A stretch of DNA of 64,000 nucleotides from a virus, in IMG/VR virus record IMGVR_UViG_3300027668_002455, positions 111,850 to 175,849 of that record, one strand, 5' to 3'. The stretch's first letter is position 1. Every line of letters begins with the position of its first letter. A program made the position numbers and the translations under genes. The notes below the pieces were generated by a model that made no database searches, was not told where the DNA came from, and saw nothing but the letters and a program-made list of their open reading frames with translations. Positions 58,543 to 64,000 of the stretch are shown here, one piece after another.

Positions 58543-58848
58543 CTAGGCTACCTCCTTATATACTGGGCTTGTGCGGTGTCCTTCGCCGTAGGAAGGGCAC
58601 ATCGCTGTGACTTTTTTGTTGCCTGTTTGGGCGAACAGCTTGCCAACCGTATAGTCAACCCAACCGCGAGAGGTTTGCTGCTCACCGATGTACTCAATCG
58701 CATCTTGCTGGGCTGCGTGGAAAGTCAGAGTACCGACCTTGGCGCGAGTGCTGAAGTGAGCGCAAACAGAATCAAATCCGCTGAACTTGTTTGTGTGGCG
58801 AAATCCCTTTGCGTGGATCTCGGTATAATAATGTTGTATGTCTCTCAT
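58543..58848 (-). CDS. Hypothetical early protein
   Basis: ORF MRDIQHYY... tightly packed after the HAD gene. Confidence 0.65.
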   Translation of the reverse strand: MRDIQHYYTEIHAKGFRHTNKFSGFDSVCAHFSTRAKVGTLTFHAAQQDAIEYIGEQQTSRGWVDYTVGKLFAQTGNKKVTAMCPSYGEGHRTSPVYKEVA

Positions 58849-58852
58849 AATC

Positions 58853-59314
58853 TTAATTAAATTCCTTCTGGTCTTCACTTACTAACTCACCCAGTTCACC
58901 CAGTCCATCTATGTTGCGTGGGTCATTGTCTACTAGCTTACGCATCACCCACTTAACGATACGCTGCTTGCGTTCGACTATTCTCTTGCTACTTACCTTT
59001 GCCCAATCGGCTGGCTCGTTAACGTCTACGCCTACAGTGATCACGCGCCCTACATTGAAATTCAATTTCTCAAGTGCCATCCGAATGAACCAAGCACTGT
59101 CATTGCCTCGTGCAGTGAGGATATCAACGTGCTTGCCTGAATCCCTGACCAGCTTGCCTAGTGGGGTGAGATCGCTTTCCTCTAGGTTAAGGATAGCGGC
59201 AGGATTAGTGAAATCAAATAAGCGTTTGGAGTCGCGCATCTCTTTGATGAGTGTGCCGTCTAGGTCAAATAATGGTTGTAAGGTTTCTTCTGTCATATCG
59301 TTTTTAATTATCAT
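58853..59314 (-). CDS. HAD-superfamily phosphatase
   Basis: FDLDGTL (motif I), ILTARG (II), K (III), LVDND (IV). Confidence 0.8.
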   Translation of the reverse strand: MIIKNDMTEETLQPLFDLDGTLIKEMRDSKRLFDFTNPAAILNLEESDLTPLGKLVRDSGKHVDILTARGNDSAWFIRMALEKLNFNVGRVITVGVDVNEPADWAKVSSKRIVERKQRIVKWVMRKLVDNDPRNIDGLGELGELVSEDQKEFN

Positions 59315-59320
59315 ACGTAT

Positions 59321-59357
59321 AGTATATCACACGAGGTGGGACATTTGCCGTCCTACC
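59321..59357 (-). promoter_or_regulatory. Type A element copy 2
   Basis: agtatatcacacga-ggtgggac-atttgcc-gtcctacc. Confidence 0.8.
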
Positions 59358-59359
59358 CT

Positions 59360-59524
59360 CTAACTTTCTTCATCCTCTACAGGGTGGAGGAAAGGGCCAA
59401 GGTGGGCGTTATCCCGTTGCCATTGGCGGTTGCCTTCCCGCACTTGCCGCACGGATTCGTTCCAGCGTTGCACACGGGCATCTGCCTTGCGTTGCTCTTC
59501 TTGTACTTCTTCTCTAGTTCTCAT
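59360..59524 (-). CDS. 54-aa charged helical early protein
   Basis: MRTREEVQEEQRKADARVQRWNESVRQ...; directly after a type B promoter/RBS. Confidence 0.7.
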   Translation of the reverse strand: MRTREEVQEEQRKADARVQRWNESVRQVREGNRQWQRDNAHLGPFLHPVEDEES

Positions 59525-59528
59525 AAGT

Positions 59529-59593
59529 CTCTCACTTTCAATACGGTAAGTATATCACAAACATCCGCGAAAGTAAAGAACTTTCTTTAAAAA
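59529..59593 (-). promoter_or_regulatory. Type B element copy 2
   Basis: TTTACT-17-TATACT with GAAAGTGAGAGA leader. Confidence 0.75.
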
Positions 59594-59630
59594 CTATTAA
59601 CAGGCTGTGAATAACTTTCTGACCTTTACG

Positions 59631-59722
59631 CTTGACAAGCAGGCCGGCGGGGGGACCCTCGCAGATAGTACGTGTACGTACTATCTCGGCGGGTGGGCCC
59701 CCGCCTATAAAAGTACAACTAT
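59631..59722. repeat. Type C element copy 2
   Basis: cttgacaagcaggccggcggggggaccctcgcagatagtacgtgtacgtactatctcggcgggtgggcccccgcctataaa. Confidence 0.9.
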
Positions 59723-59737
59723 TAAATACTAATTTCT

Positions 59738-59836
59738 TTATAATGTTTCTATGTAGATTCCTGCTACCAGTATAATCGCGAAGGATACGATACCGATAAT
59801 AAGAACAAAATAAATATCTCTGTAGTCGTCTTTCAT
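59738..59836 (-). CDS. 32-aa single-TM peptide
   Basis: MKDDYRDIYFVLIIGIVSFAIILVAGIYIETL*. Confidence 0.55.
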   Translation of the reverse strand: MKDDYRDIYFVLIIGIVSFAIILVAGIYIETL

Positions 59837-59837
59837 A

Positions 59838-59906
59838 TCACTTTATACTTAAGTAAAAGGATCCAAACATAAATACAAAAACACTAATAATTAATAATAA
59901 TTCCAT
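59838..59906 (-). CDS. 22-aa hydrophobic peptide
   Basis: MELLLIISVFVFMFGSFYLSIK*; start abuts the upstream stop. Confidence 0.55.
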   Translation of the reverse strand: MELLLIISVFVFMFGSFYLSIK

Positions 59907-60074
59907 TTAGGCAAATTCCCCCGTGCCGTGAACATACCAAACGGGATAAAGCTTCTCGTTGGCATATTGCGGAAAATGCATCTTAAAGTTTTGAAGCGCA
60001 CCCGCCTTGTCAAATCCGCAAGTGTTGAATGTTTGCCCGTTGCGTAAGTTGATAGTAAATTTAAATCCTTTCAT
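59907..60074 (-). CDS. 55-aa early protein
   Basis: MKGFKFTINLRNGQTFNTCGFDKAGALQNFKMHFPQY... Confidence 0.65.
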   Translation of the reverse strand: MKGFKFTINLRNGQTFNTCGFDKAGALQNFKMHFPQYANEKLYPVWYVHGTGEFA

Positions 60075-60078
60075 AATC

Positions 60079-60267
60079 TTAAAAAGTTAAAATGTCAATT
60101 GCCTCAATAAGTTGAAATCCAAAGTCTAAAATCACAGCAACAAATAAAATTGTCACAACGAACTTAATCATTGGCATAAACACTTCATCACGAAATGCTT
60201 GATTGAATGCTTCGTTTATGTCTTGCAATGTCCCGACTATGGGTAGTTTGTTTTTGTTTTTCATCAT
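60079..60267 (-). CDS. Small membrane protein
   Basis: C-terminal TM segment. Confidence 0.6.
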   Translation of the reverse strand: MMKNKNKLPIVGTLQDINEAFNQAFRDEVFMPMIKFVVTILFVAVILDFGFQLIEAIDILTF

Positions 60268-60446
60268 AATTCAATTGGTCTTGCGCCCGTGAGGATGCCT
60301 TTAATGGCGGGTTGCATATGCCCCACAACGTCCAGCCTTGCGAGAGCCTTGGCTTGTGGGGTTGGGTTGTTAGCTGCCCACTCATTCCACAATGGGGATG
60401 ATGGGAGGGGTTTCGGTGCGCCTGTGGCGGTCAGTAGTTTTTTCAT
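60264..60446 (-). CDS. Hypothetical early protein
   Basis: ORF in a packed operon; GGAGG RBS. Confidence 0.6.
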   Translation of the reverse strand: MKKLLTATGAPKPLPSSPLWNEWAANNPTPQAKALARLDVVGHMQPAIKGILTGARPIEL

Positions 60447-60451
60447 AATCT

Positions 60452-60718
60452 TTACGCCTCCGCCGTATCAAATGTGAATGTCTCGCCTTCGTCGCTTGAG
60501 TAAATCTCAAACAGTCGTTTAGTGATGGGGTTCCACACTTGCACAGTTTCAAGGCCCGCGCCTTCACCATCAAATGTGTGCCAATTCATAATATGATATG
60601 TCCCCATTTTAATAGGATGTTTCACCCGCGCATCGGTGCTGCGCCTGTGCAGAGTCACCTTGCCTTGGTTCAAGTCGTTGGGGTTGGTATCTTCGTAGGT
60701 TGCTTCGTACTGTTTCAT
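60452..60718 (-). CDS. Hypothetical early protein
   Basis: Start revised to MKQYEATY. Confidence 0.65.
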   Translation of the reverse strand: MKQYEATYEDTNPNDLNQGKVTLHRRSTDARVKHPIKMGTYHIMNWHTFDGEGAGLETVQVWNPITKRLFEIYSSDEGETFTFDTAEA

Positions 60719-60725
60719 AATCGTT

Positions 60726-61022
60726 TTAATCTCTGCAACGAATATCGTTGCCATTTTCATCATCGTACCATCCGACAACAGCCGAACCATCAGAGTCCCG
60801 CACAACTTCTTTGCCGTGCCAAAACTCGCGAGGTGACCAAGGTTTTTCTACCTTCGCCGCAATCTCTTCAATGGAGGTTACAAATGCACCGTTTGGGAGG
60901 TTGTCCCGCTTGTCGGCGATTAAGGTTGCGAGTTCCAAATTTTCGGTTTGGATCTCATACTCTCCGAATTGACCATAGCGGTCTTCGGTTTCTACTCTGA
61001 ATTTTTTCATTTTGTCTTTCAT
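60726..61022 (-). CDS. Chimeric small early protein
   Basis: N-terminus resembles 61785 (MK.KMK.FRVETE); C-terminus resembles 57628. Confidence 0.75.
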   Translation of the reverse strand: MKDKMKKFRVETEDRYGQFGEYEIQTENLELATLIADKRDNLPNGAFVTSIEEIAAKVEKPWSPREFWHGKEVVRDSDGSAVVGWYDDENGNDIRCRD

Positions 61023-61031
61023 AATCTTGTT

Positions 61032-61095
61032 TCTCTCACTCTCAATACGTAAAGTATACCTGAAATTCTTTAAAAAGTCAAGCACTTTCTTTAAC
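61032..61095 (-). promoter_or_regulatory. Type B element copy 3
   Basis: TTGACT-17-TATACT; the TGA stop of the upstream gene lies inside the -35. Confidence 0.85.
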
Positions 61096-61248
61096 TTTTT
61101 CTGTGGGCAATACCCACAGCACCTTACCAAGGGCCAATGCCCGACCCATACCCACCGCAACGCGGCGAGCGTGTGCCTCATTCTGGGCGTTGATAAAAGT
61201 GGTTTCGCCGTAGGCCCAACTAACTTCGAATGTTTGTTCTTTTTTCAT
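61078..61248 (-). CDS. Small early protein, EAHARR family
   Basis: TFEVSWAYGETTFINAQNEAHARR. Confidence 0.7.
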   Translation of the reverse strand: MKKEQTFEVSWAYGETTFINAQNEAHARRVAVGMGRALALGKVLWVLPTEKVKESA

Positions 61249-61258
61249 AATCTTTAAT

Positions 61259-61323
61259 CTCTCACTTTCGATACGTAAAGTATACCTGAAAATTCTGGAA
61301 AAGTCAATCACTTTCTTTAAAAA
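61259..61323 (-). promoter_or_regulatory. Type B element copy 4
   Basis: TTGACT-17-TATACT with GAAAGTGAGAGA leader. Confidence 0.85.
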
Positions 61324-61360
61324 GTATTAACAAAAAAGTTGCAAATGTTGATAAAAAAGA

Positions 61361-61461
61361 CTTGACAAGCAGGCCGGCGGGGGGGGCCCGTGCAGATAGT
61401 ACGTGTACGTACTATCTCGAGAGGTGGGCCCCCGCCTATAAAAAGGCAAGTATTAAATACT
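61361..61461. repeat. Type C element copy 3
   Basis: Near-identical to copy 2, including the trailing gtattaaatac. Confidence 0.9.
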
Positions 61462-61470
61462 AGTTTTTTT

Positions 61471-61542
61471 CTAGTCGCTCCAAATATAATCGTCGGCGTT
61501 CCAACCTAGTATAATAATCGCGATAATAAATATAATAATCAT
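61471..61542 (-). CDS. 23-aa hydrophobic peptide
   Basis: MIIIFIIAIIILGWNADDYIWSD*; GGAAAGG RBS. Confidence 0.55.
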   Translation of the reverse strand: MIIIFIIAIIILGWNADDYIWSD

Positions 61543-61543
61543 T

Positions 61544-61771
61544 TTACCTTTCCATACTTTCTTCGTAGGTAAGCACTCGCGTGCCTTGGCTACCGATAAT
61601 TTTCGAACGGTCAACGTAAACGTCAATCTCGTTTTCTGTTAGCTCTAACTCTTCACCGTCTTGATCGATCACGATCACGGTGTCAAATTCTGTGATTTCG
61701 TCAACTATCATCAGTTGCATTCCTACGCGAACTTCGTCGCCTACTTTTACTTGTTGGTTTTCTATTGTCAT
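61544..61771 (-). CDS. Small SH3/KOW-like beta protein
   Basis: VKVGDEVRVG...VDEI...VIVIDQDGEE. Confidence 0.6.
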   Translation of the reverse strand: MTIENQQVKVGDEVRVGMQLMIVDEITEFDTVIVIDQDGEELELTENEIDVYVDRSKIIGSQGTRVLTYEESMER

Positions 61772-61784
61772 AATCTTAAATCTC

Positions 61785-62075
61785 TTACATTTCCGAATAG
61801 GTTCCATCGTAGCAGCTTGGCTCATAAGTCTCTGGCTGCGCGTCATACCAAAACTCTTCGGCGGTGGGCATCATATCGGAAAAGTCATCCTCGATTTTTT
61901 GAGTGCTCTCCTGCACTTCGGATATCTCTTTAACGTCCACCACCATTACGTGGGGCTGTTGTTCGGCGATTGCGTTAGCAACTTCCCAGCTCTCGGCTTG
62001 GATGTCGTAAGCATTCTTGCTTACTGAATAATACGATTCAGTTTCGACTCGGAATGTTTTCATTTTGTTTTTCAT
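61785..62075 (-). CDS. Small acidic early protein
   Basis: MKNKMKTFRVETE...IQAESWEVANAIA; acidic tail. Confidence 0.7.
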   Translation of the reverse strand: MKNKMKTFRVETESYYSVSKNAYDIQAESWEVANAIAEQQPHVMVVDVKEISEVQESTQKIEDDFSDMMPTAEEFWYDAQPETYEPSCYDGTYSEM

Positions 62076-62090
62076 ATTGTCTATGCTATA

Positions 62091-62127
62091 AGTATATCAC
62101 ACGAGGTGGGACATCCGTAGTCCTACC
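62091..62127 (-). promoter_or_regulatory. Type A element copy 3
   Basis: ggtgggac-atccgta-gtcctacc. Confidence 0.8.
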
Positions 62128-62350
62128 TGCATCTTTCTTCATCTTTTTCTCTGTTCAATTGTTGCTCCTCCTCATCGGTGAAAAGCTTGCCTCTCTCAAT
62201 GGACTGGATCTCCATGCCTTTCATGCCTTTGCCAAAGCTCCTGCCAAAGAACTCTCTGCGCACTTGCGCGAATGATGCTGCGGTTGCACCCCAACGGGTT
62301 CCGTTGGTGGTGGTTACGATGAAATCTTGTTTGTTGTTTTCTTTATTCAT
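62123..62350 (-). CDS. Small early protein
   Basis: ORF bounded by two type A elements. Confidence 0.7.
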   Translation of the reverse strand: MNKENNKQDFIVTTTNGTRWGATAASFAQVRREFFGRSFGKGMKGMEIQSIERGKLFTDEEEQQLNREKDEERCR

Positions 62351-62359
62351 TATGCTTAT

Positions 62360-62396
62360 AGTATATCATAGGAGGTGGGACATCCGTAGTCCTACC
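62360..62396 (-). promoter_or_regulatory. Type A element copy 4
   Basis: agtatatcatagga-ggtgggac-atccgta-gtcctacc. Confidence 0.8.
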
Positions 62397-62622
62397 CTAA
62401 AACCTTTTCAATAAACTTTTCACCCACGCATTCAACGTGAAACTGGTTCCTTGGCATCCAGCCAAGCCACTTGCCCGACCTTAAAAGCCACTGCGCACCG
62501 TGCATGCTTTCCGCTTCTTTTGTGAACACCGGCCCGCGCTCACTGATGCGGTTCTTGGTGCGTTTGCATGCCCTGCTTGTCGGGCTTATCATTATCGTTC
62601 TCATGTCTGTTTCAATCATCAT
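62392..62622 (-). CDS. Small basic early protein
   Basis: Start revised to the ATG 6 nt after the -10 hexamer. Confidence 0.7.
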   Translation of the reverse strand: MMIETDMRTIMISPTSRACKRTKNRISERGPVFTKEAESMHGAQWLLRSGKWLGWMPRNQFHVECVGEKFIEKVLG

Positions 62623-62628
62623 GCGTCT

Positions 62629-62665
62629 AGTATACCACGCGAGGTGGGACATTTGCAGTCCTACC
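62629..62665 (-). promoter_or_regulatory. Type A element copy 5
   Basis: agtataccacgcga-ggtgggac-atttgca-gtcctacc. Confidence 0.8.
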
Positions 62666-62840
62666 CTTTAATTTCTTTTACTCGGATGCTACCGAGTCGG
62701 GCAACGTCAGGGAAAAGCTTTGCAGCTATCTTAAAAGCGGCTCGCAAGTCAAATGCTTGGATGGTTTCGGTTTGCTTGCAAGCGGGACGGCTAGGGTCTA
62801 CTTGCGTTACTAGGGTTAGTTCGAATAATTTGTCTTTCAT
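62661..62840 (-). CDS. Small early protein
   Basis: MKDKLFELTL...IQAFDLRAAFKIA. Confidence 0.7.
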   Translation of the reverse strand: MKDKLFELTLVTQVDPSRPACKQTETIQAFDLRAAFKIAAKLFPDVARLGSIRVKEIKG

Positions 62841-62848
62841 AATCTTTT

Positions 62849-62902
62849 CTCTCTTACTTTCAATACGTAAAGTATACAGGAAAAATCGGGAAAAGTCGAT
62901 AA
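62849..62902 (-). promoter_or_regulatory. Type B element copy 5
   Basis: TCGACT-17-TATACT with GAAAGTAAGAGAGA leader. Confidence 0.75.
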
Positions 62903-62941
62903 CCAACTGTGTCATAAAAAAGAAAGTTTTTGCATTTTGTT

Positions 62942-63019
62942 GTTGACAAACGTGCCGGCGGGGGGGGCCCGCCGGATAGTACGTGTACGTACTATATGGA
63001 AAGCTTGCTATTAAATAGC
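62942..63019. repeat. Type C element copy 4 (right C-rich arm absent)
   Basis: gttgaca...ggcgggggggg...gatagtacgtgtacgtactat...gctattaaatagc. Confidence 0.85.
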
Positions 63020-63038
63020 GGCTTTATGATAGTCGTCG

Positions 63039-63191
63039 CTACTCCTCACTAGCTCGCAGCACTAGCTGCTCCCAGTAATCACCATCCGCGCGGTAGCGCG
63101 TAAGGCTGTCGGCCTCAAGCTGGGCCTCGATGTCGGGGGTGATAGCCTCCTCGCAGGAGACTTGGATCATATCGTGTAGGTCGTTCATCAT
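63039..63191 (-). CDS. 50-aa acidic early protein
   Basis: MMNDLHDMIQVSCEEAITPDIEAQLEADSL... Confidence 0.6.
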   Translation of the reverse strand: MMNDLHDMIQVSCEEAITPDIEAQLEADSLTRYRADGDYWEQLVLRASEE

Positions 63192-63210
63192 AATTTAATT
63201 TCTGTGATTG

Positions 63211-63426
63211 CTATCGGTACATTTCATTGACTTCCCAAGCGCGTTCCAGCTTGGCGTAATCGGTTTCAGTTGTGCCTCGCCCCTCTCCGTGCTGGAGTTC
63301 ACGAAATGCTACCTGTGCATCGCGCAGGGTTGCTTCGCCACAGGCGAGAAAGAGATGTTTTGCCGTGGAGTTTGTACGGCCCTCAGAGGGATTTTGATTT
63401 TTCTTCATATGTTCGTCGTTCATCAT
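63211..63426 (-). CDS. Small early protein
   Basis: TATAAT lies 6 nt before the ATG. Confidence 0.65.
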   Translation of the reverse strand: MMNDEHMKKNQNPSEGRTNSTAKHLFLACGEATLRDAQVAFRELQHGEGRGTTETDYAKLERAWEVNEMYR

Positions 63427-63471
63427 TTAAAAATTATATCAGATTGGTTGAAAGTTACAAGGAAAAGTTAT

Positions 63472-63708
63472 TCACACACCCTTCTCATAGATAGGGCCAT
63501 TATCCGACCAGCAGTCGGCGTGAACCTCCTCCACATAAGCCTCAAACTTGGCACGGTCAAACCGTGGGTGAGTTTGCTCAAAAAGGATGGCGTACGCTTG
63601 CGCGGTTCCTTCCCTGTTTCCCTTGTCATCGACTTGACCGATAATCTCGGCGATGAGGGTGAAGTGTTTGCGGGTGAGGTTTAGGGATTGCGCTTCGTTA
63701 ATTAACAT
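63472..63708 (-). CDS. Small early protein, T(K/R)xHF...PRFD family, copy 2
   Basis: LTRKHFTLIA...FEQTHPRFDRAKF. Confidence 0.75.
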   Translation of the reverse strand: MLINEAQSLNLTRKHFTLIAEIIGQVDDKGNREGTAQAYAILFEQTHPRFDRAKFEAYVEEVHADCWSDNGPIYEKGV

Positions 63709-63784
63709 GAAAGAAGTATAACAGAATGGCGAAAGATTGCAACAATTAAATTCACGAAGTTATTCACAGGCTGGGCATAAAAAA

Positions 63785-63910
63785 GCTTGACAAACAGGCG
63801 CGGCGGGGGGGCCGGCCAGATAGTACGTGTACGTATGATATTGTACGTATACGTATTGTACGTGTACGTATGACATTGTACGTATACGTATTGTACGCGT
63901 ACGTATGATA
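63785..63910. repeat. Type C element copy 5, expanding into five tandem GTACG(T/C)(G/A)TACGTA cores
   Basis: 35-bp higher-order unit gtacgtgtacgtatga(t/c)att-gtacgtatacgtatt repeated about 2.5 times. Confidence 0.9.
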
Positions 63911-63925
63911 TATCATTATTTCGCG

Positions 63926-63970
63926 CTTATTTGTTTCTTATTTGTTTCTTATTTGTTTCTTATTTGTTTC
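63926..63970. repeat. 11-bp tandem repeat (cttatttgttt) x4
   Basis: Visible directly. Confidence 0.9.
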
Positions 63971-64000
63971 TTTCTTATTTCGTTATCGGGCGTTTCTTTC

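Noticed and set aside
58365-63836. Canonical integron attC sites
   Set aside because: No RYYYAAC...GTTRRRY bracket around the hairpins and no IntI in the window; only the architecture is analogous.
58009-63910. CRISPR array interpretation of the A or C repeats
   Set aside because: Intervals are 269 bp to several kb and contain intact ORFs; no cas genes are present.
1-64000. Alternative genetic code; tRNA or rRNA genes
   Set aside because: Very long ORFs read through in the standard code with all three stops used, and no cloverleaf or rRNA-like segment was recognised by eye.

Overview
This 64-kb window is part of a large tailed dsDNA phage with lambda-like siphovirus morphogenesis; the host cannot be determined from sequence alone. 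Bases 1-57 kb form the late/structural block, mostly on the minus strand. It holds PhoH, two glycosyltransferases, a phage sigma factor, a sulfotransferase, a zinc-finger/ERCC4 nuclease, TerL, portal, a GxVGIGT-repeat fibre, two 2OG-Fe(II) oxygenases, a tubulin/FtsZ-family GTPase, a holin/spanin-like cassette, protease-scaffold, major capsid, neck, tail tube (three tube-like paralogues), chaperones and a 3667-aa tape measure. An inverted plus-strand M-L-K-I-J tail-tip module has a J protein with a ~1500-aa lectin/SPRY insertion. A GTGTAA motif precedes most late genes. Bases 57.3-64 kb are an early-type region of five tandem 0.8-1.7 kb modules with a shared non-coding scaffold but different, partly shuffled, mini-gene cargo. 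The scaffold is a GC-clamped hairpin with an invariant GATAGTACGTGTACGTA core, DnaA-box-like 9-mers, a repeated sigma70 promoter/RBS block and an 8-7-8 dyad fused to stop codons. The strongest candidates for new biology are this cassette array and the tape measure, whose repeated G(F/Y)(I/V)P(N/S)F motifs bracket nuclease-like and GNAT-like cargo segments. All functional calls come from motifs read by eye; no database searches were run.
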